From an uncultured delta proteobacterium (lineage in GTDB: Bacteria; Myxococcota_A; Polyangia; Polyangiales; B10-G4), in NCBI GenBank assembly GCA_963727445.1, contig CAVSGI010000021.1:512001-576000 (forward strand): a stretch of DNA of 64,000 nucleotides, written 5' to 3'. The notes beneath the pieces are model-generated. The model searched no databases, was not told the origin of the DNA, and was given only the letters and a program-made list of their open reading frames with translations. This document shows, piece after piece, positions 38,479 through 51,089 of the stretch. Each line of letters begins with the position of its first letter. Within the stretch, counting starts at the first letter, position 1. The position numbers and the translations under genes were made by a program.

Positions 38479-40887
38479 ATGACTGGGACGAACGAGAAGC
38501 GGAAGCGGTGGCGGTCGTGGTGGACCCTGCCGCTGGTGTTTGCGGCGATGACGGGATGCGCAGCAGAGGTCGGTGATGGGGAGGTCGCAGGTGATGGGGA
38601 GGAGCTTCTCTTCATGGCCGAGGCATACGACCCATCCGACGTCTGTGACTTCCGAATGGTGGCGGAAGCAGGTTCGGGGACGCTCGAGTTCCCCTACTGT
38701 GCCACCGCCGACGTCACGCCCGGCGGATGGGGACCGTATCCCCCCTTCGACGACGTTCGCACGCTCATCTTCGCCCAGCACGGGCGCGGCTCCGACGCAC
38801 AGATGTACCTGGACTATGCGAATCAGGCTGTCACGGCCGCGCACTCGGCGCACTTCGTGGAGTCGGGCGAGACATTCGTCATCGCGCCGCAGTTCGTCGA
38901 GCCGAGCGAGCTCGACGAGGTCTACGACTGGTACTGGGACGACCTCTTCGTGTGGAACGAGTACGGCGCCGATCACGATTGGGCGCTCGGTGGGACGTCC
39001 TCGTGGCCGGGCGCGCCCGGGAGTCGCAGCTCGTTCTCGATCTTGGAGGAGCTCCTCACCCGCGCCATCCAGCGGATGCCGAACCTCGAAGAGATCGTCT
39101 TCGTCGGTCAGTCGGCCGGTGGACAGTTCACCCAGCGCTACGCGCTCCTCAACGACTACGACTTCCCGGAGGGCGTGCACGTCCGTTACGTGCCGACCAA
39201 CGGCTGGGCCTACGCGTATCCGAGCGACGAGCGGCGCGACTACCTCTTCGGCGGCTTCGAGGAGCCGAACATGGCCCTGAGCTTCAAGTACTTCCCGGAC
39301 ACGGAAGTCTGCTCACCGACCGCGAGCTGGAGCAGCTGCGACTACGACACCTACGAGCTCGGTCTCGGCCGCGTGCCGGCGACCCATTGGGCGGCGTCGG
39401 TGCTCCCCACGTTCGGACCCGCCGGCTCCGATCCGGACTGGGTCGAGAACGTCGACATCCTCTCCGTCGGGCTCCGCTATCGCAGCCGCGACGTGACCTA
39501 CCTGGCCGCCGAAGCGGACGTCGTCCACGCCGAGCAGTGCCATTGCGGCATGCAGATGCAGGGCGAGAACCGCCGGCAGCGGGCTCAGAACCTGAGCGAC
39601 TACATGAAGACGCTCTGGAACGCGCCGACGCACGACGTGATGCCGGTGCCCGACCAGGGTCATGGCGGCCAGTCCTTCCGGGAGCCCTGCGGCGTCGCGG
39701 CGATCTTCGGCCACCCCGAGCACTGCCAGCCGCTCACCGAGCGGACCGTCGGTTCGGGATGGAGCGGTGACATCGTCTCGATCGCCTACGGAAACGTGGA
39801 CGATGACCCGGCCGACGAGGTCGCCATCGTTCGCAACCAGGGCCTCGGCGGCCAGGTGTTGGTGCTCGACGACCGCGCCCATCGCCACGCCGTGCTCTTC
39901 GAGCCGAGCGCGGGATGGGGCTTTCTGCAGATCCCGCGGGAGGTCGCCTTCGGTGACACCAACGGCGACGGGTTGGACGAGCTGGGCGTGGTGCGCAGCA
40001 CGAGCTCCGGCGACTCGTGGTTCGTGTACCGGCGCAACGACGGTGGCAGCTGGAGCACCGTCGGCCATGGCGGCGCCGATTGGCCGTCGCCGCGTTCCGC
40101 GTATCACATCGCGTTCGGCGACATCGACGGCGACGGCACCGACGACGAGCTGATCGTCGCGCGAAACGCGACATCGGGCCCGCGCTGGTACTACTACGGG
40201 GTCCACTCGAACGCGCTCTATACCGAGCGGAGCGCCGGTCAGTACTGGGGCGACGGCATCTTCATCACCGATATCGCCTGCGGCGACACCGATGGTGACG
40301 GACAGGCCGAGGTCGGCATCTCCACCAACGCGACGACCGGAGCTCGCGTGCAGGTCCACCACATGAACGGCTACTACGTCCAATCGGTCGACACCATCGG
40401 TACCGGGTGGCGTACCAACCACGTCGTCAGGCATCTGACCTTCGGCAACATGGATGACGACGACGGGGAAGAGATGTTCATCGGGCGAAGCGTGTATCCC
40501 GGCTACGACCGTTGGGTCGTGATGAACGACGCGACGCAGGGTTATGCCGTAGTCGCCGGCGGTGGCCGAAACGGCGACCCGGGGTGGCCCAGCGACGCTT
40601 CGATCACCGACGTCGACTTCGGTTTCCTCGACGCCTGGCACCACTATCCGGCGCTCGCCGTTTCCGCGCTCTCCGACAGTGGCCCGGTGCTGGAGATCGT
40701 GACCATGCAGGTCCGCGACGATGTCCTGAAGGTCGGTGACTACTCGCGACCCGAGGTGGCGGCGAACGTCGACGTGCGAAGCGTCGCGTTCGGAGACATC
40801 GACGGTCTCGGCGGCGACGAGATCGCCTACGGCGTGGACGACGCACAGGACGTGGGCTTCGGGGTGCGCGCGCTACCGGCACCGTAG
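38479..40887 (+). CDS. Lipoprotein: alpha/beta hydrolase fused to FG-GAP/VCBS-repeat propeller
   Basis: Lipobox MTGC, QHGRG, APQF, GQSAGGQF, QGENRRQRA..GH; repeated FGDxDGDGxDE motifs. Confidence 0.82.
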   Translation: MTGTNEKRKRWRSWWTLPLVFAAMTGCAAEVGDGEVAGDGEELLFMAEAYDPSDVCDFRMVAEAGSGTLEFPYCATADVTPGGWGPYPPFDDVRTLIFAQHGRGSDAQMYLDYANQAVTAAHSAHFVESGETFVIAPQFVEPSELDEVYDWYWDDLFVWNEYGADHDWALGGTSSWPGAPGSRSSFSILEELLTRAIQRMPNLEEIVFVGQSAGGQFTQRYALLNDYDFPEGVHVRYVPTNGWAYAYPSDERRDYLFGGFEEPNMALSFKYFPDTEVCSPTASWSSCDYDTYELGLGRVPATHWAASVLPTFGPAGSDPDWVENVDILSVGLRYRSRDVTYLAAEADVVHAEQCHCGMQMQGENRRQRAQNLSDYMKTLWNAPTHDVMPVPDQGHGGQSFREPCGVAAIFGHPEHCQPLTERTVGSGWSGDIVSIAYGNVDDDPADEVAIVRNQGLGGQVLVLDDRAHRHAVLFEPSAGWGFLQIPREVAFGDTNGDGLDELGVVRSTSSGDSWFVYRRNDGGSWSTVGHGGADWPSPRSAYHIAFGDIDGDGTDDELIVARNATSGPRWYYYGVHSNALYTERSAGQYWGDGIFITDIACGDTDGDGQAEVGISTNATTGARVQVHHMNGYYVQSVDTIGTGWRTNHVVRHLTFGNMDDDDGEEMFIGRSVYPGYDRWVVMNDATQGYAVVAGGGRNGDPGWPSDASITDVDFGFLDAWHHYPALAVSALSDSGPVLEIVTMQVRDDVLKVGDYSRPEVAANVDVRSVAFGDIDGLGGDEIAYGVDDAQDVGFGVRALPAP

Positions 40888-40911
40888 CCGTCTTCGAAGA
40901 AGCGGAAGAGA

Positions 40912-40943
40912 CGAGAGCCGCCCGGCGCGCCGGGCGGCTCTCG
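40912..40943. terminator. Perfect 32-bp palindrome, probable terminator
   Basis: CGAGAGCCGCCCGGCG|CGCCGGGCGGCTCTCG 25 bp after the stop at 40887. Confidence 0.6.
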
Positions 40944-41073
40944 GCCTTTGGCGCCGGGTTGTCGCGCCGGACCCGATCCGGGGAGAATCGGACGCCATCC
41001 CTTGGCCGTCCGTGATACGCACCCAGCGCTGGCCGAAGGAGGAGGTCGATGAGAAGAGCGACGGGCCTGGCTG

Positions 41074-42669
41074 ATGGATGACGACAGGCTGGGGGAGGTC
41101 GTCGGGGAGGGGCGCTATCGACTCGACGCCGTTCTCGGCGGCGGCGGGATGGGCGTCGTCTACAAAGCGCGCGATCTGCGGGACGGGGGTGACGTCGCGT
41201 TGAAGATGCTTCATCCGGAGTTTGCCAGAGACGAGCGCTGCCTCGCGCGTTTCCGGCGCGAGGCCGAGCTCTCGTCGGCGATGGCGCATCCACACGTCGT
41301 GCGCGTCCTGGGCTTCGTCGCCGGTGACGGAGAGGCGCCCTTTCTCGTCATGGAGCTGCTCGATGGCGAGTCGCTCGACGCGCGCATCGAACGCGACGGC
41401 GCGCTCGACCCGGCGTTCGCCGTCCGCGTCGGCCGCGAGGTGGCCGCCGCACTCGAGAACGCTCACTCCATCGGCGTGATTCACCGTGACCTCAAGCCCG
41501 CCAACATCGTCCTGGTGGACATGAACGGAAGAGCGAGCGCCAAGGTCGTCGACTTCGGCTTGGCGCGGCTGATGGAAGGGCGGGGCTATCAGAAGCTCAC
41601 CGGAACGGGGCAGATCGTCGGCACACCCGCGTACATGGCGCCGGAGCAGTTTCGGAGCGGGTCGATGGACGAGCGCACGGACATCTACGCGTTGGGCACG
41701 CTCCTCTACGAGGCGCTGGCGGGCGTCGCGCCTTTCGACGGTCCCAACATGGTTCCGAGGATCCTCGCCGGTGAATGCCCGCGCGTCGACGACAGAGCGC
41801 CGAACGTCTCCCCGCATCTCGCGGAGATCGTCGCGCGTGCCATGGCCCCGGATCCCTCCGACCGATATGGGTCGACCCACGAGCTGGCCACAGATCTCGG
41901 CAGGATCAGCAGCGAGCCGCTCCCCACCCTCCTCGACTGGCAGCCGGCCCTGCCGCTCGAGACGCTGCGCGAGCAGGCCACCAGGTCCTTCGACGACGCC
42001 GATGCCTCCGTGATGCCCGCTGCGCCCGTCACCCCTTCACAGGTGTCCGCGCGCCCCCGCTACGGCATCTTCGCGCTGGTCGGGCTCGCTGCGGGGATCG
42101 CCGGTGCGACCGCCGTGGCGGCCGCGCTGCTCCTGGCGCATCCCGAGCCGTCGCCGCCCTCCTCACAGACGGGCACCGTCCCCGCTGTCGTCCCGGTTCC
42201 GATCGCGGACCCCGTAACGGACGCGAGGGACGCGGCGCCCGACGGGTCGGCGACGCGCGATGCAGGGGCTTCCGCCGTGCCGCGACGGCCACGCCCGGTA
42301 CAGCACTCGACGGGCGCCATGACCGGTGCTGCTGCGCCCCCGACTCCAGCCCGCGTCCGGGTTTTCATCACGGGGATCGAAGGCGACCCGGCGGTGGTGG
42401 AAGCCGGCATTCGCAGCGTCTTCGCGCGCCGGCGAGCCGAGATCGAACAGTGTCTGGCGGAGGTTTCTCTGCCGCCACGACCCTTCGAAGCTCGCGTCGA
42501 TCTCACGGTGGGACCGAACGGACGCTCCCCGGGTTTCAGCGGCGACTTTCCCGGCGGATCGGACGCGTGTCTGAACCAGCTCTGGGCCGAGCGATACGAG
42601 GTTCGGCCGACGGCGACGTCGTACTCGAACGTGGAGATCTCGTTCAGAATCGAAGACGCCGAGCTGTGA
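41074..42669 (+). CDS. Membrane Ser/Thr protein kinase
   Basis: GGGGMGVVY, VALK, HRDLKPAN, DFG, GTPAYMAPE; TM; C-terminal domain with 2 Cys. Confidence 0.92.
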   Translation: MDDDRLGEVVGEGRYRLDAVLGGGGMGVVYKARDLRDGGDVALKMLHPEFARDERCLARFRREAELSSAMAHPHVVRVLGFVAGDGEAPFLVMELLDGESLDARIERDGALDPAFAVRVGREVAAALENAHSIGVIHRDLKPANIVLVDMNGRASAKVVDFGLARLMEGRGYQKLTGTGQIVGTPAYMAPEQFRSGSMDERTDIYALGTLLYEALAGVAPFDGPNMVPRILAGECPRVDDRAPNVSPHLAEIVARAMAPDPSDRYGSTHELATDLGRISSEPLPTLLDWQPALPLETLREQATRSFDDADASVMPAAPVTPSQVSARPRYGIFALVGLAAGIAGATAVAAALLLAHPEPSPPSSQTGTVPAVVPVPIADPVTDARDAAPDGSATRDAGASAVPRRPRPVQHSTGAMTGAAAPPTPARVRVFITGIEGDPAVVEAGIRSVFARRRAEIEQCLAEVSLPPRPFEARVDLTVGPNGRSPGFSGDFPGGSDACLNQLWAERYEVRPTATSYSNVEISFRIEDAEL

Positions 42670-42752
42670 CTGGGGAGGTTGCACGGCCGATTGAGGCCGC
42701 TCCTCCGCGCGCTCGAGACTCGCGCGCGGCCACGTCGACGAGGGCTCGACGG

Positions 42753-43619
42753 CTACAGCGCCGACATCACCCACACGCGAAGCGCGGGCCGCAAGCGCTC
42801 GAGCAGGTCGGGGGAGAGGCCGAGACGGTCGATGGAGCTGAACGCCGGCGTCTCGTCGACCTGGCGGTGCACCTCGGCTTCGAAGCCGACGCGACGCAGG
42901 AACGCGTCGAGGGCGGCGCCGTCGTCGAAAGAGGATGCGTCGAGCTGGCGCTGGGTGATGCCGGTGATCGCCTCGCGCAGGCGGACGCGTTCGGGCGGGA
43001 GCGCGGGCGACCCTTCCATCAGGACGAAGTCCGGCGTCATCCACGTTCCGCCGAAGTCGTCCAGCAGGGCGTGGACGTTGAGGGCCAGCCGCTCCGTCTC
43101 GCCCTTCGTGAGGTACAGGATCAGCCCTTCACAGAGCACGATCACCGGCTCTGTGGGATCGAGGACGGAGGCGGCCGCGCGGAGCTGGCCCGGGTCGAGC
43201 GCGTCGGCGGCGGTGAGGAAGTGCCGCGGGCTCGCCGGGATGCCGTGCGCGCCGCGGAGGTCGTCCAAGAGCGCGCGCTTCGTCTCGACGACCTCGCTGA
43301 GGTCGGTCTCGACGTACCGGATCCCTTCGTGCTGCGCGAGATGGAGGCCGCGCAGCGAGTAGCCGCTCGCCAGCTCGAGGACCTGCGTGGCGCCGGACTT
43401 GCGGATCAGCTCGGTGATGCTCTTGTACCGCGCCTCGAACATCGGAGCGTAGAAGGTCAGCTGCTCCGGGTTCAGGTCGTGGTCGCGGACGAGCTGCTCG
43501 AAGGCGTCGCCGGCGCCGACGCGACCCGCGGCCTCGGCGGCGAACGGGATGTCGGTGAACTGGCGGTAGTACGCCGCGAGCTTCGCCGTCATGCTGATGT
43601 GGGATGGATCGGCGGTCAT
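42753..43619 (-). CDS. Class I SAM-dependent methyltransferase (LCM/Rv0731c-like)
   Basis: ISMTAK..AYYR, QVLELASGYSLR, ETDL, EGLILYL. Confidence 0.82.
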   Translation of the reverse strand: MTADPSHISMTAKLAAYYRQFTDIPFAAEAAGRVGAGDAFEQLVRDHDLNPEQLTFYAPMFEARYKSITELIRKSGATQVLELASGYSLRGLHLAQHEGIRYVETDLSEVVETKRALLDDLRGAHGIPASPRHFLTAADALDPGQLRAAASVLDPTEPVIVLCEGLILYLTKGETERLALNVHALLDDFGGTWMTPDFVLMEGSPALPPERVRLREAITGITQRQLDASSFDDGAALDAFLRRVGFEAEVHRQVDETPAFSSIDRLGLSPDLLERLRPALRVWVMSAL

Positions 43620-43664
43620 CTTCGAGCTCCGGAGCGCGACGGGGCACCGCCGCGCTCCGTGGAT

Positions 43665-44384
43665 ATGTATGAGCTCATGACGAGCTCTCCAGTCAAGGAC
43701 GAGCCGCCAGCCTGGTACTGGCTGTCGCTGGTCTTGGTGTATGCGCTGATCACGTCGATTCCGCTGTTGTGCACGGGGGACCTCGGCTGGTGGCAGGCGT
43801 GGGTCTATGCCGGCACGCTGTTCATCATCGGTGTTGGTGGCCGGGTGGCGGCGGAATGGCGCCACCCCGGCTTGATGGCCGAGCGCGTCAAGTTCGGCAA
43901 GGGGCAGCAGGTTCAGCCCTGGGACCGACTGCTGTCGCCCCTGATGGCGATCGCCGTCGTCATTCCAGTCCTGACCGTCGCCGGACTGGACCACCGTTTT
44001 GGCTGGTCTCCCACATTCCCGCTCTGGGCCAATCTGCTGGGGATTGTCCTGATCACGCTCGGCTATTCCTTCGCCACTTGGGCCCTGGTCGAAAACCGCT
44101 ACTTCTCGAGTACGGTGCGCATCCAGCTCGACCGCGGGCACGTGCTCTGTGACACGGGGCCCTACCGGTTCGTGCGGCACCCAGGCTACGCCGGCAACAT
44201 CCTGCCGCTCTTCGGCATCGTGCTTGGTTTGGGCTCGCTGTGGACGCTCATCCCGGCAGCGTTTGCCCTGTTCATCATCTTCGTCCGGACCGCGCTCGAA
44301 GACCGTACCCTCTACGACGAGCTGCCGGGTTACCAGGACTACACGCGACGCGTGCGCTACCGCCTCATCCCGGGCCTCTACTGA
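43665..44384 (+). CDS. Isoprenylcysteine carboxylmethyltransferase/PEMT family protein
   Basis: ENRYFS..VRIQ..RGH...TGPYRFVRHPGY...RTALED..L..ELPGY..Y..RVRYRLIP. Confidence 0.9.
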   Translation: MYELMTSSPVKDEPPAWYWLSLVLVYALITSIPLLCTGDLGWWQAWVYAGTLFIIGVGGRVAAEWRHPGLMAERVKFGKGQQVQPWDRLLSPLMAIAVVIPVLTVAGLDHRFGWSPTFPLWANLLGIVLITLGYSFATWALVENRYFSSTVRIQLDRGHVLCDTGPYRFVRHPGYAGNILPLFGIVLGLGSLWTLIPAAFALFIIFVRTALEDRTLYDELPGYQDYTRRVRYRLIPGLY

Positions 44385-44929
44385 GGCTGGCTTCCGGTTT
44401 CGGGCGGCGGCTCGGGTAGGGGGGGCCCATGCCCCGCATCCGGAAAATCCGAGAGCAGAAGCCGAACCGCCTTCGCGACCCTGTCCGGCGGCACCGGGGG
44501 CTCGCCCGCGCCGATCACCTGACCGTGCCAGATGTGCTCGCCGGTGCGGCGGTCGAAGGCGTCCAAGACGATCGTGCCCTCCTGGATCTCCTGCTCGTAC
44601 TTGCCGAAGCGCATGGTGGGCATTCCCTCGACGCGATCTTCGATCACGATGCGGCGCCCCACGCCTGCGGCGATGATCACGTCGGCGCGACCCGGATCGT
44701 CGACCACCTCCCAGCCCTTGTCCCTGACGACGGCGCCGCCCGCGTCGAGAGCGGCGCGCAGCTGCTCGGACGTCAGCTCGGTCCGCGTGAACTGGGGGAT
44801 GTCGCTGGTCCGCATCAACGACAGGCTGTGGTAGCGGTCGAAGGGCGCGCCCTCGTACGCCTCGTGAACGTAGGTGAGCCCGCCGCCGCAGCCGGCGGCC
44901 ACGATCAGCAGAGGGAGAAGCGCCTTCAT
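44378..44929 (-). CDS. DUF4136 family lipoprotein
   Basis: Lipobox AAGC; QEGTIVLDAFDRRTGEHIWHG. Confidence 0.8.
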   Translation of the reverse strand: MKALLPLLIVAAGCGGGLTYVHEAYEGAPFDRYHSLSLMRTSDIPQFTRTELTSEQLRAALDAGGAVVRDKGWEVVDDPGRADVIIAAGVGRRIVIEDRVEGMPTMRFGKYEQEIQEGTIVLDAFDRRTGEHIWHGQVIGAGEPPVPPDRVAKAVRLLLSDFPDAGHGPPLPEPPPETGSQPQ

Positions 44930-47575
44930 CGCGTGAAGAATAGCGGGTTCGTCACGCCGAAGGGTCGCCGTCCCGGATAGACCGGGCCGAGATCCGAGCT
45001 CACCCCGTCTGCGACGAAGATCGCCCAGCTCCCCACCACGCCGGGCGCGACCGGGATGTCGATGTCTCCCCGAAAGCGAACCGTCGGATCCATCGGATCG
45101 CGGGTGCTCTCGTCGAGGACGATGGTCTCGTTGACCGCCCCGTCTACGAAGACACGCAGCCGATCCACCTCCACGAAGGAGGGCGCGCGTACGGTGACGC
45201 TCAGGGTGACGCGGTCGGATTCCCCGATCCCGTCCCCCGGTCCCTCGCCTCCGGGGCCCACCACGTCGATGTAAGCCCCGCCGCTGATCACGGCGTGCCC
45301 CGCGAGGAGGGTGTCGCGCACCAGGCCCGCCCCGCCACCGGCCCGGAGCGCGGGCACGTCGTCGACTCCGAGCGCGAGGCACGTTCGCGGGTAGCCGACG
45401 GGGGTCTCGGCCACCTGGTGGCTGTCGGAGGACCCGGTCGCGAAGATCCGCCGCCCCGAGTCCAGGAAGGAGAACCAATCGCGCACGACCTCGCCCTCCG
45501 CGTAGTTCGTCTCGAAGTCGCTGTCGTTGAACGCCTCGATGAGATCGAAGCTCTCGGACCAAAGCTCGGGCCGCCCGACCATGCCGGTGGCGGGGTCGTA
45601 GTCCACTCGACTGAAGTAGGCGCCCTCGCCCATGAGTCCGTTGAAGCTGCGGGCGTGGTTCACGATGATCGCCGGCGAGCCGTCCGGTCCGCTTCGGTCG
45701 TGGGCTTCGTCGAAGACCGATTGAGGCATGCGACCGCCGGTCCAGACGATCGCGCCGTCGCTCGGTCGGGTCGGATCGGCGGCGAGGGGGAAGACACCGA
45801 AGTGCCCCCAGTCGAAGGTGGTGAGCTCCAGGGAAGAGATCCCCATCGCCCAATCCCGAGCGCCGAGCATGGCGATCGTCGGCTCGAAGTCGCCCACCCA
45901 TTCGTGGTCGGAGCGCACCGGGATCTCGAGCCCGTCGCCCACCAGGCTCCGGACCTTGAAGAGCACCGGATCGCTCGTGTCGAAGGAGCGATAGGTGTGG
46001 ATGTGGAAGTCGCCGCAGAGGACACCGGGCGTGTCCACCACGTGGTCGAGGGCGATGGGCACCTCGGTGGTGGCGCCGGCGGTGACGTCGACCGTCGCGC
46101 TCGCGAGCTCCCACTCGAAGCCGCGGGAGACGTAGACCCGGTGCCGGCCCGGTGGCGCGACCAACGTCACGTCTCCATCGAGGGGGAACTCGACGTGAAG
46201 ACGTCCGGGGACGATCGGGGTTTCTCCGAAGCTCGGCGGCACCTCCGGCAGCTCACCCATCGGGATCACCTGCACGCGAACCGGCAGCGCTTCACCGGAC
46301 GCGGCGTCGGTGGCCACCACGTGGATCGCCCCGACGGACGGCATGGTGAGGGCGGCGGTGCTGTCGCTCGCGCCGACGCTCACCGGATCGCTCAGGGGGT
46401 AGCCGCGCTTCCACGCGACGAGCTCCACGTCGTCCGGCGGCAGGTGCAGCGTGAAAGCGCCGCTCTCGTCGGTCAGGGTGCGGCTGACGTGTCCGCCGGA
46501 TGCGTCGGTGGCGTGGACCCGCACGCCGGGCGCCGGTGATCCGTCGTCGAGGGTGACCGTGCCCGTTACCTCGTGGAGCGCGGCTCCGCGCGTCCGAGCG
46601 ATGGCGGCGCGCAGGCCGTCGAGACCGATCCCCCCCACGTGGAGCTCGGCGTAGGAGAGCTCGGTCTCGGCGCAGGCGTCGACGACGAAGATGTCGGGCT
46701 GGAAGATCGAAGCACCCGAGAGGGAAAGGGACGGTGTCAGCGGGCCCGCGGGGTTCGCCCACGCGTAGCTGGTGGCGTCGTCGTCGGCGAAGGCGACGTA
46801 GTCGATGGCGTCGGTGCCCGGGTCGAATCCGCTGCCGTTCGGGTGCCACTCGGGCATCCGCGAGTCCTGGAAGAAGAAGAAGAGGGGGATGCGAATGGGG
46901 GTGTCGTAGTTGCGCGCCGAGGCGATGGTGAGCCGAAGCTCCACGTGCTCGGCGCCGGGCTCGAGGACCCAGTCGAGAGCGCCCATCAGATCGCCCAGCT
47001 CGTCCGTGAGGAAGGCCGCAGCGAGGGGCGCGAAGAAGGGGATCTCGCTGACCGGCCCGATGGCGCGCACGATCGCCGCACCTCCATCGCTTCCGTCCGC
47101 GATCACGCCCACGGTCTCGGTGGCGATGGTGAAGCGGTCCATCATCACCATGAGCTCCGCGAAGTCGGCAGGCGCCGTCGGTGTGCCGTCGACCATCATC
47201 GCGGCTCCGATCGGACGGCCGCCCCACGGGTCGAGCAGAATCGGAAGCCCCCGCGGCTTCAATCACCACCGCGATGTTCTCGTTGGCGAGGACGAAGTCC
47301 CCGGTGCGCACGAAGGTGAGCTTCGTGGGATCGTCGGGCCAGTCGCCCTCCGCGAGGCGCCCTGCGCGCGCTTCGCCGGCGGCGGCGCCGAGGGGGGCGG
47401 CATGCCCGGTGTCGTCGCCGGCTTCGAAGGTGAAGGAGGCGGTGCACTCGGGGCGCGCATCGGGGCTGGCGTCGCCGCCGTCCCCCGCGCCCCCATCACC
47501 GGCGTCGGTGCCGCCGTCGTCGCCGCATCCCGCGCCCGCGAGGAACGCGAGGGACAAGAGAGCGAATGAGCGCAT
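44926..47575 (-). CDS. CehA/McbA-like PHP metallohydrolase lipoprotein with carboxypeptidase-regulatory-like domain, split by a 1-bp frameshift at ~47240
   Basis: Lipobox in ORF 46292..47575; removing one A from GAATC (47238-47242) gives ASDLLDPWGG; GDFHIHT, SDH, GHF, NH, SSDSH. Confidence 0.8.
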
Positions 47576-47653
47576 CCGCAGAAGGTATCACCGCGCCGAC
47601 GGTCGGTCGCCTCGGGGGCGGCCAGTGATGCCCGAGCGGCGTATGCTCCCCAC

Positions 47654-48130
47654 ATGAGTGAGCTCGTGGACGGCAGCATTTTCGGTCCCGGGCAGCCCTG
47701 TTTCGGCTGCGCTCCGGACCACCCCATCGGTTTTCGCCTCTCTTTCGCGGAGGACGGCGACGACGTCGTGACCCGCTTCCTCCCCGAAGAGCGCTACCAG
47801 GGGCCGCCCGGGATCCTCCATGGTGGCCTCACCACCACCCTCGCCGACGAGATCGGCGCCTGGGCGATCATCACCAAGCTCGGCAAGTTCGGCTTCACCG
47901 CGCAGCTCAGCGCCAAGCTCCACAAGCCGGTGCGCATCGGCGTGGAGGTCGAGGGCCGCGGGCGCATCGTGAACGACCGAAAGCGCATCGTGGACGTCGA
48001 GGTCGTCCTCTCCCAGGCGGCGGAGCGGTGCATGACCTCGGAGCTGCGCTTCGTGATCCTGGACGACAAGGGCGCCGAGCGAATGCTGGGCCGGCCGCTG
48101 CCTCCCGAGTGGCTGAAGTTCGGTCGCTGA
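47654..48130 (+). CDS. PaaI family thioesterase
   Basis: CFGCAPDHPIG, QGPPGILHGGLTTTLADE. Confidence 0.88.
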   Translation: MSELVDGSIFGPGQPCFGCAPDHPIGFRLSFAEDGDDVVTRFLPEERYQGPPGILHGGLTTTLADEIGAWAIITKLGKFGFTAQLSAKLHKPVRIGVEVEGRGRIVNDRKRIVDVEVVLSQAAERCMTSELRFVILDDKGAERMLGRPLPPEWLKFGR

Positions 48131-48144
48131 GCGGCGTCCTCGCT

Positions 48145-49800
48145 TCAGAGCTTGTCGAGGAAGGGCGATGTCAGCACCCCGAGCGACAGCGACCCGCTCG
48201 CGTGAGGATCGACCTCGAGGATCTCGTTCGCGGACCAGGGAATGCCGTAGATGCGGCCGTTCGGCGCGAGGACCGCTCCGATCCATGCACCGTCGGGCGA
48301 CGTAGGCGCGGCGATGTCGCGCGTGGCGAGGGTGCCGAGGTCGATCTCGAGGATCGGTCCGCCGGCGTTTGGCATGACGTAGGCGCGTCCGTTGGGGGCG
48401 ATGGCACCGGCGCGGCCGAAGGTCGACACGCTCGTGCCGGTGCTCGGCAGGACGTCCAGTGTGGATGCGTCGGCGTCGATGCGAAGGAGCGTCATCGACG
48501 CGCAGGGGAGCCCCACGACCAGACCTTCGGGCGTGATCAGGCCGGTGTACCAGTCGCGGTCGGTCGGCGTGACGCTCCCGAACACGTCGACGGTGCTCGT
48601 CGCGAGGTCGACGCGCAGCACACCGGTTCCGTCCTCCGCCGGGATGCCGACGACGACGCCGCTCGGCGTGAGCACACCACCCCGATACTTCTGCGCCGTG
48701 CTTGGGAGCACGCCCACGAAGGTGACCGAGCGATCGGTGGGATCGACGATGGCCGCGCGGGTTTCTCCTGCGGGGAGGCACACCACGCGCCCATCGAGGC
48801 TGAGCACGCTCCCCCCGAAGGCGTTGTCGATGGCGGGGTCGATGGTCGGGCCGAAGAGCTCGAGGGTCCGCGCGACGGGATCGATCGCCAGGAATTGCTC
48901 CGCCCGCGCGGGGCATGCGTAGATGGTCCCGTCAGGCGCGAGCACGCCACCGATGAACTTCTCGTCCCCTGGCATGTCGCCGAAGAGGTCGATCTCCTCC
49001 GTGTCCGGGTCGAGTACGAGGACCTGGGGCGAGGTGAACGGGATGCCGTAGATCCGTTCGTCCGCGCCCAGCACGCCGCCCACCCATTTGTCGTCGCCGC
49101 TGAACACTCCCGCGCCGAAGGTCCGCGCCGTAGGCTCGCCGGTGGAGCCCATCGCGGCCGCATCCTCGAGCGCCGTGCGAACCGCGGGCCATTCGGGGGC
49201 CGTGCAGCCGCGGCGCTCGTCGCAGAAGCTGCCGGAGGCACAGGTGCCGGCGCTGCCGTCGTAGAGGCACGTCCCGGCTGCACAGCGCCCGATGGCGCAG
49301 CTCGCTTCGGCGACGCAATCGGTGTCGGCCGTGCACTCGGGCTCGCCGCAGGTCGCGTCCTCCTCGACGCAGTCGGGGCTCACGCAGCGCCCGGCGAGGC
49401 ACGCGTTCGCGACCGGATCTCCGTCCATCGCCGGGCAGGTGACCCCGACGCAAGCGCGCGTCATCACCACCGTGACCGCCAGACGCCCGTCGAGGCTCAC
49501 GCGCACGGGGCGCTGCAAGACCTCGTTGCCGTCGTGAGAGAGGGTGACTCGGAGGGTCAGCGTGCCCGCTTCGAGCCCTTCGAGCTCCGCGACGCGTCGA
49601 CCGGTCAGGAAGTCGTCGCCGGCCGCGGCGTCCGCTTCGGCGAAGCGTGTGCCGGTTCCCATCGCGTCCGTGACGTCGACGCGCACGTGATCGAACTCCG
49701 TCCCGGGGACGAGGTCGGTCTTGACGTCGACGATCAGCAGCGGGTCCTCGCCCCCACACGCCGCGAGCGCGAAGAGGGCGAGGGCGAGGAGGGGGAGCAT
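48145..49800 (-). CDS. Lipoprotein with Cys-rich region and 7-repeat beta-propeller
   Basis: Lipobox [17 protein letters not shown], seven [18 protein letters not shown] repeats. Confidence 0.78.
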   Translation of the reverse strand: MLPLLALALFALAACGGEDPLLIVDVKTDLVPGTEFDHVRVDVTDAMGTGTRFAEADAAAGDDFLTGRRVAELEGLEAGTLTLRVTLSHDGNEVLQRPVRVSLDGRLAVTVVMTRACVGVTCPAMDGDPVANACLAGRCVSPDCVEEDATCGEPECTADTDCVAEASCAIGRCAAGTCLYDGSAGTCASGSFCDERRGCTAPEWPAVRTALEDAAAMGSTGEPTARTFGAGVFSGDDKWVGGVLGADERIYGIPFTSPQVLVLDPDTEEIDLFGDMPGDEKFIGGVLAPDGTIYACPARAEQFLAIDPVARTLELFGPTIDPAIDNAFGGSVLSLDGRVVCLPAGETRAAIVDPTDRSVTFVGVLPSTAQKYRGGVLTPSGVVVGIPAEDGTGVLRVDLATSTVDVFGSVTPTDRDWYTGLITPEGLVVGLPCASMTLLRIDADASTLDVLPSTGTSVSTFGRAGAIAPNGRAYVMPNAGGPILEIDLGTLATRDIAAPTSPDGAWIGAVLAPNGRIYGIPWSANEILEVDPHASGSLSLGVLTSPFLDKL

Positions 49801-49828
49801 CGGGTCATGGTACCCGCATCCGCGCCGA

Positions 49829-51077
<1,249 letters not shown>

Positions 51078-51089
51078 GACAGCCTTCCT

